64,000 bases of DNA, from NCBI GenBank assembly GCA_024704765.1, contig JAKMXF010000110.1:620001-684000 (forward strand). Reading direction: 5' to 3'. Made by a program: the position numbers and the translations under genes. Each line of letters opens with the position of its first letter. Within the stretch, counting starts at the first letter, position 1. Below the pieces are notes generated by a model. That model ran no database searches. It worked only from the letters and a program-made list of their open reading frames with translations, and was not told the origin of the DNA. Positions 22,701 to 32,142 of this stretch are shown here, piece after piece. Origin of the DNA: Oopsacas minuta. Lineage: Eukaryota > Animalia > Porifera.

Positions 22701-25700
22701 AGTTCTGACACAGATAAGTCCATACAAGAGAAAATCTATACTATCAGTCATTTTATCAACAAAAAGTCTCAAATCACAGATATATACATAATTAAGCATA
22801 CTTGCATACCATTTTAGAACCCGGCACAGTAGAAATTGATAGATTCAGATAAAGCTATAGCTAGTACGTTAGTATACGAGCCAGGCCCAAATACTTGTAT
22901 ACTCTGTTGGAATGTCCAACTTCCTTTAATTCAGGGCATTAAGTACACCGGTGGGAGTGGAAGTAGTGAGAGAATACTAAGATGGTAAAATAGGGAACTG
23001 GAATAAACTGAGAATATGATGAAACAAACCTTGTATGCTATTACTCCAATAACAAGTCCCAGAGCTATTATCACGAGTGTAATAAGAGTAACAAATGATC
23101 CCATAACCTTAACAAATAGTTCCCCAGAGGGTTGAAAGAACTCTCCTTCATCAGTGATCGGGTTAACCTTTTGAATTAATTTCTTATACCAATTCATGTT
23201 ACAGCTCTCATATCTGTTACGTAGCTTGTTCTCATACTCAGGTCTAGTGTGTTCCTGAATAGAAAAAATCTCAAATCACCGACATGAATTTCTCAATACC
23301 CATTTTAGAATGTTAAAAACGAATCCTACGTCCCTGTTTATCCCTATTTAACAAGTGGAAGCTAATGTATAGGATAACTTTGAAATGTGTTCATCAAAAG
23401 GTGTGAGAATGATTAATCATATGATAAATCAGTGTGTATATATTTAATAGAATGATTGACCAAGGCACTCACCTCTTCATCTAGGGAAGAGAGATCCCAA
23501 TCGTACTTGAGAGTAGCCACATTCCTTTTCCAAGCTTCTAAAAATAGAATCGCCCAGAATGCTGTGAATATGGAAAATAAAATAGTAGCTTCATTGTCAA
23601 ACAGTTTGTAGAACTAAGAAACAAAAAATATAATAACCGTCCGCACAGCTCAGTGTTCATCTTAAGACGAAGGTTAGAACTTCGAAATATCACAAAAAAT
23701 ATGTAACGGACCCAAGAAGATAAACATGAGCTACTGAGGAACCAGAAATCACATCTATGTTCACATAGAGGACACATGTAGAACTCCACAGGATCAGCTC
23801 CACAAATATCAGCCTTGGCCGGGTTCAGAATTGGGATGAATATGGTCAGTAGACCATAAATGAACACCAGCAGTCCAACGACTGATGCGTAGAATAGCCA
23901 GCGGGTGTATAGGCCTATAGGATTATAATATAACAAAAAAAACTGGTGGTACTGGCAAAAATGTGAAAAATTCAGGCAAATATCGGGGAATCGAGCATTT
24001 TTAGGCAAAATCCCGGAGTCCTTAGAAGGAACACTGACTGGACCCCTTGGTCGTCCACGGACGACAGCAGGGGTCCACAGTTAAATGGCTGGGAACCGCT
24101 TGGATAAATGAATCACGAATTGGTAAGAGCTACAAACTTGAAACTCCCATCATATAGAAACTCAAGGAACCACGATGGATACTCCGATATAACCGAAGTT
24201 TATATGTTACTTTAACAGTTCGAGACCATATTTGTACAATTTAAGATTTATATAAAAGCGGATATTTCCATATATCCATGGTCAATTTAACCGGAGCTAA
24301 CAGTAGCTAATAATGTTATCGAAAAAGCTAACTCAAAGAGATACAAAAAGATACACACAGTAAATATATAGTATAAAGGAAAGGGGGAACTACATCCAAC
24401 TAGAAAAGAAAAGAAAAGTCTTAGTAAACCAATGTTTATTGGTATAACTGGATGAAAAGAAGTAAAAGGAGAGCGAGTATAAGTAGGTTCGTTGGAAGAA
24501 GGGCAGCTCCAGCACTATAGCATCGAGTGCATAGATCGGCATCATCGTCACATGACGGGGGCAAGCGGTACACGGAAAAGTCAGGTGTAAGAAATATGAA
24601 GGTAGTAAAATTAAACTGATGACGAACAAGTATAATATCGTTTTGAAACACGACGTCCAGGTTTATGACAGTATCATTAACTATTGTAGCTGTGTATGTA
24701 ATATTTCCAGTGTATGTCGTGCCTCCAAATGTATAGTTCGTATCAGTTTTGAGGTAAGCATAAACATCGGGAGAAATTTCTGTTGCGAATGCAAGGAAAT
24801 AGAGTATTGGCTCGTCTGTGTCTTCTAAAGTACTGTGGAATTCATTGGGCATATACGTACACGAATCTGGGGTATATATAAATAGTAGGTTATCGTCACG
24901 ACTGGTTAGAAGTGTTTGATCGGGCATGACAGCAAGCCTCAAGCCCTGAGGCACATCCTCCCATTCCTCAATAGGAGTTTGTTGTAAGAGGAATGTCGTT
25001 ACGCTGGTATTCAAATCAGTTGAGTAGAATGTGACATTACCGGTTTGGTAGAAGCTACTATTAGCCAGTTCTGTTATATCATCTCCGTACACGAAAGAGA
25101 GAAAAGAGAAACAAAGAAATGTGGACAAGAGCTTCATTTGCTAATTAAACCACTTTTATTAAATTTATACAAAGTTAGTTGGAAACTTGTTTCAGCTCTA
25201 CTGCCGGCATTAAGTTTACCTGTCACATGAATATTGTTATTATTTCACCATTTTATCAGTGAAATACAACTACACAATATATTTACTAACTAACGGGTAA
25301 ATAGAAGTGATTTTATCCTCACAGACCTCCTTTAACACGCTTAATTAACATATTTACAAGTTGAATCATTGAATTTTCCTGAATTGGACACTTTGCGATA
25401 TGATAACGTCATAAACTGACGAGATATGAAATACCATCTGCCCTCATGCTTAGATGTACATCATGTGGAGCTGAAACAAGTTTCTCATTAACAGGGACCT
25501 AATGGACAACTACTTCAAACAGTAAAAGTATTTTCCAATTGGAAAGGGAGAGAATATTTAGGAGAGGTTTCTTAGACTATTAAACAAATTCACCTTTATA
25601 TAGGCAATCTATGAAGGCGACAGACACTATAATTATTATTGCAGCTCAGCAAAAGAAGATTGAATCAGACAATATGCTAGTCACAAGATATATGGAATCA

Positions 25701-28700
25701 CACGTATTTGAACACAACAACACTTTTATTTCTTAGCGCAGCCCTATAGGGCGATGCCAAAATGGCATGGATGATGTTCAAAGTTCGTATTTAAATTTGT
25801 TGGAAAAGGACAGATCCAGCACTATAACATTCGGGACATAGATTAGTAATTCCATTACATGCAGAGGGCAATTAGAACACAGACAATACGTGTGTAACAA
25901 GTTGGAACGTAGAGTAGGTTAATTGAAAATTGGCGATTAAATAACCTGTCTGAAATAGGAGTTGAACACAGACAACGTCTCGTTAACTAGAAGGGCTGTA
26001 TATGTTATGTTCCGAATTTGCGAGACAGCTTAGTCCTCAAAGGATTATAAACCCTAGTTTACGATATGTGCGGGTTTCTGCGGTCCAAATAAATTGTAGC
26101 TCAGTTTGGTAGAATCAGTTTGGTAGAAACTTCAGTTCGCCAATGTATAGACCATCCATGAGGGCAACAGGTAATGTAATATTTTGCAGGATCAACCAAC
26201 AGACACAACTAAAGAATCAAGCAGACATAATCCATCTGATCAACAGCATACAAAAATACTTGATTGCGTAAAGAAATAGCTTGAAAAGCAATTACAATAT
26301 ATCACCTATTCATGAAATATTGCATACGTGGAGTAAACAACTCTACAATTAATCCTACGTGTATTTGATAATTAATATTAATTTTGTCAGTCAGTAGTGA
26401 ATAGTGACGGAAAATCTATCAGTTTATGACGTCACTAAAGTACTAAAATCTCGATTTGGGTGAAAACGAAGTGGTAAGATTCTAGTGTTCCTTTCTGCAA
26501 CGAACGTAGCAGAAATCGGGTAACGGTTAGATGTATTCTTTAAGTAATCGACAGCTCCCAAACGCTCATAGGCTATAGCCACACTTTTCAGAAATTTTGT
26601 ATAATTACCACGCCCAATTCGATATATTTTGTCAAATTAGTTTTTGGGATCGCGGCCCCCAGTTTGATAACCACTGCTGTATATTACGAAAGCGTTAACA
26701 GTGAGTTGTACGAAAAATAGTGAATGTATTTAGTAGAAAAGCACACAAAGAAGATACAACTAGTAATTCTAAGTCTAAGGGTAAACATATCCAGCGAACA
26801 AATGAGAAGAACATTCTTAAGCAAATGTCTATTAATAGAACTGGATGAAAAGTAAGAAAAGGAGAGTGAGGATAATTAAGTTCGTTGGAAGAAGGACAGC
26901 TCCAGCACTATAGCATTGAGTGCATAGATCGGCTATTTCATCACATTGAGGGGGCAGGGTGAACATGAACAAAGAAAACTCTGGTGTTAGAAGATCGAAG
27001 GTAGAGAAGTTTACTTGAAAATTGGCGTCGAAATATTCGGTCTCAAACTGGAAATTAAACATAGACAATGTCTCATTAACAACACGTACAGTATACGTTA
27101 CGTTCCCATATACCGGAGAATAAAATAAGATCATAGATAAGCAGGTGACGATATACATCCAACTGTCCGAAAGGAACACAAAACTTCGGTTAGAATACAG
27201 TACGCCTGGTTAATCCGCACAGCACTGCTCAAATTACAAAAATAATGTGTTTGAATCAACGGAGTCCGCACGCTTACCAACCTCTTCTAACTATTCCCCA
27301 GAAATTTCAGAATTTTCCCCTATTCTAGTAGAAAATTCCTTGAAAAGACCAAATGTAGCAAGTGGAGGATTTGCACAATCCATATTTTCTTTGCGACAAG
27401 TAATGAGCCATCTGTTTTCACGGTCCCTTAGCTTCGATAAAACGGGAGAAATCTTTAAAATTCTTGAAAGAAACAGACGCTAAATTTCGTAATATTTTCT
27501 AGTTTTCCCTCCACCATATGACTAATTAAGGTATTCATGAACTAACCTTGCGTAAAATTACAGGGCTAATGCCTTCAAGCATTGCCTATTCGAATAGAAT
27601 AAATAGTTTTCGAGCTTTATTATATTCATATTTCAAGAGTACTTTCGTTCACTGTGTAGAGCATCGGTTCCCAAACTGGTCCACGGACGACAGCAGGAGT
27701 TCACCTAGGTGCAGTGCTAGTTCAGCACCCACGAATGACACAAAGTACCAACTGTGAGATTCAAATTTGTGTAGGATTAATATGTTACCGTCCAAAAGTG
27801 CTACCATAAATCCCTAGATAACACCTGCATAAGGCCGTCCATAGGATCTCAAAATATGTATTACAGTATGGGAATGGTACACGTAATGTGTCAATAATGG
27901 TATTTGGGATCTATGGGTGAAAAGCACTTATCCATTAATTCTTCGTAGACAATAAATACTTTTTAGCTGAATTAGTCGATGAAACTCTTGTCAACATTCC
28001 TTTGTCTCGCTTTCGTTGCCTTCGCATACGGAGATCATATCGCAGAACTATCTAACAGTAGCTTCTACCAAACCGGTTATACGACAGCTTATACAGACAT
28101 AGCAAACAATATTACATATATTTACAACAATACTCCTATTTCAGAATGGGACGATGTATCTAAAGGACTAAGACTGACTGTTCTGCCTGATTTTAGTGTC
28201 CTTACCAGTCGTGACGATGAGATACAATATTTTTGGAGCCAAGTTCTCTGCGCTTATAAAAAGAGAGAATTCTACAACCCCTTTGAAGCTAACGATCGCT
28301 CTGTCTTCTATTTTCTTCCAATGGCAAAGGAAGGACCCGATGGTGTTTTCAAATACTCCACGACTGATACGAACTCCTCAATATACTCCGTGTTGCAAGC
28401 TGGAATTATTACGTATACGGCTACCATAATTAACGATACATTGTCCATGTTTGACTTTAAGTTCGAGGACAAGGATTCATACACCACTTATCTAACAAAC
28501 TACTCAACTTTCGAGCTTCTTATGCCGGAATTTTCGGTGTACCGGTTGCCACCACAATGTAGCGAGTCTCGACACCTATGTACCAGTTGTCCAACTCAGC
28601 CACTTACAGAGATTAAGGATTATTCCGCAAGTGGGACTCTCAGAATTACCCGAACCAATTTGACCACAGGTGAGGAACAGACCATCGTGGAAGAAATCCC

Positions 28701-31435
28701 TTATCATATATGGTACACTTTCGATCATAAGTTTACTAGAATCACAATAAATAAGAAAGATTACGTATACAGCGCTAAAGATCATGCACTCTTCAGCTGG
28801 ACACCTACCAAATGCGAATACCAAGAAAAGTCTCATAATTTTGAAGGCGGGCATTTTATAGGAGCTTTATCAAGGGAAGCGGATGAGATTCGCCCTGGCA
28901 TCTACGAATATAAAGGAGTAGACCATTCGTTTCTAATTGGCAGTGACCATCACGATGCAAATGCTACATACACCTTGTATACGCGTGATGGTGTGATGGA
29001 AGAGCTAGTTATTGATACCAAAGGTGAAGAATTAAAGCATACTCTGCTAATTAAGTTTAAAACTTTCAGTACAGCTAAAACAGATCGCGAATTGTTTCAC
29101 TTGCCGTTACAATGTATTGAGTTTATTTTCCTATGCCCTGGGTGTTTTTTCAATGCCGCAACTGCACTCCTTCCAACGAACATTATTGTCCTCGCTCTGC
29201 TCTCCCTTCTCTTCATATTATTCATCTAATAATCATTGGTATAACTTAATTCGCTAGCTAGCTGTAGTTTCCCCTTTTTGGCTTGTATTAGTTTTGCCTT
29301 GAGATGTACTTGAATTATATAATACATGCTTGTTAAGACTAATCTCTAAAATGAATTACTTATTTCATATACGTCAACCAGAGTGAATAAATGACAGAAT
29401 GGAATGCATCTAAGAGGGACATTTGTTATTTCACTGCCTGAACTTAACAATTTGCAAATAGTTATGATTTTCCAATTAATCGACGAATATTTGGATATGT
29501 TTTTCAGAGGGATAGATTGAAGAAATGGTAATAGCTTGAGGTGTGAAATTTGGCATGTGTGTGGAACATGGTGTATCTAGGATTATGTGTTAATATCTAA
29601 GCGATATCTCTCAAATTCTCTGAGGAAAGGTGACAAATGCCTGACTATCAGATTTGACGGTTTAGAATTGGTTGAAATTCTATTGGTTAAATTCAATGAA
29701 TTGCTTGGAAACAAATAACTCACCAAGGAATGCGAAATAAATAGCAATTTTGTCACCAAAATATTCTCTGATTTGGTCCAAAGGCTGAGTCTTGTAGAAA
29801 GCGAAAGGACTAGCCCATTCTTTATAGAGAAATTGTCTGTAACAATCTGGCTGTTTCTGCCCCTTGTTCAGTAAAGCAGGACCGTCATGGATCGGATAGG
29901 CACAACCATAACCGCCACGGGAAAGCAAACGTTCTAAGCCAACTAAATGGAGAGAAAATAATTATTAAGTGTATCCGTAGCTGTTCATTATGAAGTACGT
30001 ATATTCAGAAAGGATAATGATAACTGTCCCGATTATAGCAGGACGTCCCGCTTTCGGAAAAGTGTTGAGGCTAATGTCCCGCCGGAAATTGTCAAAACTA
30101 CAGATTCGAGCGTTTCACCTAGTATGCATATAGTGTTGACCAATAGAATATCAGCCTATACATATGTCTAATATTCTACTAGTCAATTTCAACCAATCAA
30201 TGTAATACAAAAATTCCGTCAGCAAAGGCTATGGAGGAAGGATTAACAACTATACCCAATGGTGTGTGGTTAATAAACCAACCATGTGATTTCTTGCTCC
30301 CTGGTTCATTGAAGGTGACAATGGATAGTATGTAATACATAATCATGCTTCTCTGAGCATCTGAGAATAAGCTCCTAGATGTGGGAGAACCACTCTGGAC
30401 TTGTCCCTCTGTTGGAGGGAGGTATGCTTCTGATAGGAACTTGTCTTGTTTTGATGATGAATAAGGGGAAGTGTAGAAATCACCTACCTGTAAATGATAA
30501 TAATAATAATAAACAAATATCCAGCTGACAGACTGTTCGTGCAGCTCGGGGTCCTGCTATTGTAAAACAAAACGTGTCAAATATGAATAATAAATGACAA
30601 ATATTATTATATATATTTCCAAAACTAACAACAAACCTCAAATTCCTCAGTAACATTAGGTTGAAATAAACTGATCAGTTTATTAATCCTCAGAGTAGAG
30701 AACACTTTATCACTTAGCGAGACTGAATCAGAAGTTTGTCTGCCTATAGGTACTCTTAAAGCCATAAACTCAGCGAACTTTTGAAGGACTGCATCACTTG
30801 CGTGTAGCTTAAGGAAGTAGGTATCTTTGCTTGGAGATAACTAGTGAAAATAGGAATGTTAATACGTGCAATTATGTAAATTAAAAATACACATACGTCT
30901 TTTTCTTGTAACTCTAGTTCGACGCCAATAGCTTTCAAATTAGATTCAAAACTGTCACGTAGATGTTTGTCGTCTGAATCTGAGCCATCTTTGTACACCA
31001 GAATAAAGTCTAAACAAACAAACAGCTGTTTAAGTAATTGGAATAAAAGGTGTGAAAATATTCACATAAGACTTCCAGATGCAAAACTAGAGGTCACTAC
31101 GAGTATACTTGCCAAATTTGGTGTCTTAATCTCTAAAGGTGTGAACAGGAGAGTGAACACGGACAATCGGACATATACACTAATATACTAAGTAATGAAT
31201 GTATTGGTTGGCACAGTATTTATTGCCCAATCAGAATTGAGGGTTACAAGCATATATAACTCACCGATTTTCCTGATTTTGTCATCAAAGTATACATTCC
31301 TCTCAAGCCACTATTAAATAAACAAATACAATAAACATCCCTCCAAACATGTCAAAACACACTTTCACTAGCCTGTTTGTAAGCTGGTCGTGTGGATTCA
31401 GGATCAAGAGTTTCTTGTGGCTGTACCGTTGCCAT
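13714..31435 (-). CDS. ANO: Anoctamin/TMEM16 family protein, 17 exons, 993 aa
   Basis: Exons 31435-31361, 31310-31265, 31009-30897, 30840-30637, 30487-30283, 29942-29724, 23914-23712, 23613-23473, 23254-23030, 16581-16401, 16123-15859, 15525-15209, 15085-15033, 14868-14588, 14364-14128, 14022-13926, 13833-13714; all GT-AG, phases consistent, total 2982 nt; motifs RKIDFILVY, PLDQIREYFG, YFAFLG, EYLELVIQFGFVTLFVAAFPLAP, NNVVEIRLDAYK, DIGIW, CRY, WVIPDVP. The exon 1 donor is the least certain junction. Confidence 0.92.
15593..15843. mobile_element. PIF/Harbinger (Tourist-like) MITE family A copy in an ANO intron
   Basis: TAA then GGCCACTGTTAGTTG..CTTGTTTCAGCTCCAC; right end partly deleted (CTGAAACAAGGCC). 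Confidence 0.7.
17031..18389 (+). CDS. TRAF-like protein nested antisense in ANO intron 9
   Basis: 452 aa; CPSCNGIPREAVQT recalls TRAF6 CPICLMALREAVQT; TRAF fingers; DLDGVEWKI and GPIFFVG MATH motifs. Confidence 0.88.
   Translation: MEPEVNTEELSEEKAIDKKEEFLFERIQESELFGGYKRDYLAQNLDPTFNCPSCNGIPREAVQTGTETKCATCATPEDNPTPNDTIRDTVLKLEVMCPLLRSCEWSGTLSEIGTHLDECLFLHLYCPMKCETVIARGELEAHTYSQCLQRKVQCEYCKQFGLAKGLESHYQNCKDFPVTCPHGCGECIPRRQSEIHNNTNCPMGEVTCPYSKYGCVVSRMTRRDLIGHKQESIAEHLDMSTEFHARKLVQAEEEIRRLRDELSHTKMQIKYKKDLDGVEWKIEGISSKMEKKGTFEGPIFFVGPLKLQGLVRFERRIKSNAISFHIKRLSKGKDSQILADARFTYCCVTLVNLKNEAHSKLQEKHVSYKIEVDQLSDCIAQFGYDDVKTPDFQRENSIFVWFHFDLDPEVRQDASAPVVNLQSHRRFYHAVVVPRGGGAQPHMRREIKSLAF
18492..18696. 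mobile_element. MITE family A copy, internally deleted
   Basis: GAAACTTGTTTCAGTTCCA ... TGGAGCTGAAACAAGTTTC inverted ends; internal sequence shared with other copies. Confidence 0.7.
19089..20351 (+). CDS. NHL-repeat beta-propeller protein with N-terminal coiled coil (TRIM-NHL-like, no RING or B-box)
   Basis: 420 aa; G..G..PGEFKGPRGVAI, HIYVADKSNRRIQIF, PWGI..NIYVTD, EFNDPRQPAI repeats. Confidence 0.85.
   Translation: MATQFPEPIPVPIVDPLEQEINQSIDRMIFLLNQRRIHLLTTLRNKREETRANQVACQQMKQQLEETRALVEGKMTHNQLHSISDRFVAEMQTKLAELHLNTPPPHVLRFLCDTQDLERSINRLGEISQQEINPIPHIPVIPKYAKFQQPIVAVGKEGSAPGEFKGPRGVAIEPESGHIYVADKSNRRIQIFSQSGDYFNHFGNQHLKQPWGILIHEDNIYVTDREHHAIFLFKLPDLTMIKRVGKRGSGSEEFNDPRQPAISPNTRLYVPDYFNNRLQILTTNLVFTDTLRHQTMTGPNDVKFTNNEMFVLSCDDNPCIHVFTLSGEKSRSLITGGIGIGMQVEVAYFFCLDGHNNIIISDCLTDIIKVFSPEGDLLHKIGQRGHKAEMFVSPSGITIHNTKLICVSDNNNFCLQIFSA
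20628..21455 (+). CDS. TRAF-like protein lacking the MATH domain
   Basis: 275 aa; CPIC-x15-CETC, TRAF fingers, ends in coiled coil (LETENANLKKELTDTKTQLALRITNLEK). Confidence 0.85.
   Translation: MAAKPPEVKTADDKNDTLFIKIDGTHRGYKKEFLSQNIPPMMESILVCPICKGIMNNATVCLGSITCETCATPKGDKSKVTQVVSTVLGLDVKCPLLRQCEWSGKLSATQEHLDKCLLFKLKCPQGCGVIIERSKEANHKTTECVKRKINCKHCKKPFNSEQLDEHLKNCDSQPIKCPDGCGKEVAKKDAATHKNNDCPLADVKCPYDKYGCKLGTIKRKELMAHKTGNVMEHQDYILGSLAKLETENANLKKELTDTKTQLALRITNLEKGVKK
21545..22345 (-). CDS. TRAF-like protein with a C-terminal hydrophobic anchor instead of MATH
   Basis: ATG 22345 (MATNEL); CVIC-x15-CSNC, TRAF fingers, C-terminus LIIVFVCGAIILIMLCIV*. Confidence 0.82.
   Translation of the reverse strand: MATNELAPAHERVRSLLYVRIQGHYGGYKSSYLSKCLETVEINLLKCVICHGIMREAVTSGNGMSCSNCTKDTFPWKLMSIRDAINNLEIHCPLVNCPWKGRFPRVENHLGFCGYFRIPCPLKCNAVVIRRNETDHIRHECENRIVSCNYCGIQLISKTLDTHFNTSCKLYPIKCSFLCGKELPRNTLRRHLNTDCPLVKISCPYAEIGCTIGHINRCKLEDHQKERYILHQDLLLKDHQGLKRQFDKLIIVFVCGAIILIMLCIV
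22460..22716 (-). pseudogene. Decayed TRAF-like N-terminal fragment
   Basis: Manual translation YLCQNLSWS*IDLAICCRCDGIMRDAVTIESSTIACSV* matches the family DYLxQNL...CxxCxGIMRDA motif, with two in-frame stops. Confidence 0.6.
24040..24080. repeat. Imperfect 37-bp palindrome, core of the hAT-like repeat family
   Basis: GGACCCC-TTG-GTCGTCC-AC-GGACGAC-AGCA-GGGGTCC; related copies at 9338, 14425, 27675 and 56403. Confidence 0.65.
24436..25137 (-). CDS. Secreted, probably GPI-anchored ependymin-related (EPDR/LolA-fold-like) protein, single domain
   Basis: Signal peptide MKLLSTFLCFSFLSFVYG; C-terminal PDFSVYRLPPSC (EPDR-like F/Y-x-x-P-x-x-C motif); then CTRCYSAGA and a hydrophobic tail; many N-x-S/T sequons. 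Fold call is inference. Confidence 0.6.
   Translation of the reverse strand: MKLLSTFLCFSFLSFVYGDDITELANSSFYQTGNVTFYSTDLNTSVTTFLLQQTPIEEWEDVPQGLRLAVMPDQTLLTSRDDNLLFIYTPDSCTYMPNEFHSTLEDTDEPILYFLAFATEISPDVYAYLKTDTNYTFGGTTYTGNITYTATIVNDTVINLDVVFQNDIILVRHQFNFTTFIFLTPDFSVYRLPPSCDDDADLCTRCYSAGAALLPTNLLILALLLLLFIQLYQ
25174..25499. mobile_element. MITE family A copy, ~37 bp upstream of the 25137 ATG
   Basis: GTTAGTTGGAAACTTGTTTCAGCTC ... GGAGCTGAAACAAGTTTCTCATTAACAG inverted ends. Confidence 0.75.
25790..26150 (-). pseudogene. Decayed ependymin-like family member
   Basis: Manual translation NITYTALLVNETLSVFN, frameshift, ANFQLTYSTFQLVT..SVF*LPSACNGITNLCPECYSAGSVL aligns with 26832-27158; upstream YIGEL..FYQT remnant. 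Confidence 0.7.
26832..27158 (-). CDS. Short (108 aa) ependymin-like C-terminal-half protein or truncated pseudogene
   Basis: ATG 27158; hydrophobic N-terminus ending VYG, then NVTYTVRVVNETLSMF...LPPQCDEIADLCTQCYSAGA and hydrophobic tail. Confidence 0.5.
   Translation of the reverse strand: MYIVTCLSMILFYSPVYGNVTYTVRVVNETLSMFNFQFETEYFDANFQVNFSTFDLLTPEFSLFMFTLPPQCDEIADLCTQCYSAGAVLLPTNLIILTLLFLLFIQFY
27979..29229 (+). CDS. Two-domain ependymin-like, probably GPI-anchored protein
   Basis: 416 aa; same signal peptide family; two units each ending (Y/F)xLPxQC-x4-LCxxC; GPI-like tail NAATALLPTNIIVLALLSLLFILFI. Confidence 0.62.
   Translation: MKLLSTFLCLAFVAFAYGDHIAELSNSSFYQTGYTTAYTDIANNITYIYNNTPISEWDDVSKGLRLTVLPDFSVLTSRDDEIQYFWSQVLCAYKKREFYNPFEANDRSVFYFLPMAKEGPDGVFKYSTTDTNSSIYSVLQAGIITYTATIINDTLSMFDFKFEDKDSYTTYLTNYSTFELLMPEFSVYRLPPQCSESRHLCTSCPTQPLTEIKDYSASGTLRITRTNLTTGEEQTIVEEIPYHIWYTFDHKFTRITINKKDYVYSAKDHALFSWTPTKCEYQEKSHNFEGGHFIGALSREADEIRPGIYEYKGVDHSFLIGSDHHDANATYTLYTRDGVMEELVIDTKGEELKHTLLIKFKTFSTAKTDRELFHLPLQCIEFIFLCPGCFFNAATALLPTNIIVLALLSLLFILFI
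29596..29665. repeat. Dispersed repeat family E (CTAAGCGATATCT...GACTATCAGAT)
   Basis: Similar stretches at about 38630-38695 and 50445-50515. Confidence 0.55.
31045..31190. repeat. Dispersed ~130-bp repeat, copy 2 (in ANO intron 2)
   Basis: Shares AATTTGGTGTCTTAATCTCTAAAGGTGTGAACAG exactly with 11565-11705. Confidence 0.7.
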
Positions 31436-31665
31436 GGTTTCGTCTTCTATATATTTGTATGTAGCCTTTTGTAGATGACAGGGTGAAGGCTCAAAGTTGA
31501 ATAATTCGATACTTTCCGCCGTCGAATATAATCAAAATGATAGCTAATCTCTTTGAAAGAAAGTACTTTTAATACAAATTAGAATTTATAGAATCATGAA
31601 AGAAATTTGTTTGACATTTTTGATAGAACTGAATTTAGGGAAGAAAGTTTCCCAAATATGAGGTA

Positions 31666-31815
31666 CAGTCAACTCGCGTTATATCTAATACCCGCTTATC
31701 TTGAAGTCTTAACTTGCACAAATATGGCCACAAACCGGCAAAGACATATATTCTATCGGATATATCTAAGTAATTATAGCAGTCCCTTGAGCTTCGTTAT
31801 AACAGGAGTTGACTG
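31666..31815. mobile_element. Tc1/mariner (pogo-like) MITE
   Basis: TA-CAGTCAACTC ... GAGTTGACTG-TA: perfect 10-bp terminal inverted repeats with TA duplication; second copy at 51556-51718. Confidence 0.8.
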
Positions 31816-32142
31816 TATTTTAATAAATTTCAGATAATAAGAGCAATATTCGCAAGTCATACTTGTTGATTTGTCCCTCTAAAATATGCCTTGGGTAGAG
31901 GCGAAAGTGAAAATGACAATTAACAACCAAAACTGCCACCATAATTCACTATTATCGAACACTGGCAAGGCATTTACGTCATATTTCTAAATAAAGAAAT
32001 TCAGCTGTGACCCTGTCATCCTATTGGGCAGGAACCACTTAACCTAACCAATAGAATATCAGCCTGTATACGCATAATATATGCTAATACATTATACTCG
32101 TACATTTCTAAATTCTAAACTAACTAATTTTCCTAACCAAAT

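Noticed and set aside
26096-26135. tRNA-like A-box TAGCTCAGTTTGGTAGA
   Set aside because: No cloverleaf or full B-box; it is the reverse complement of the FYQT codons of the ependymin-like pseudogene with a local duplication
30380-30395. hAT-like terminus GGGAGAACCACT
   Set aside because: Lies within ANO exon 5 coding sequence (QSGSPT on the minus strand)
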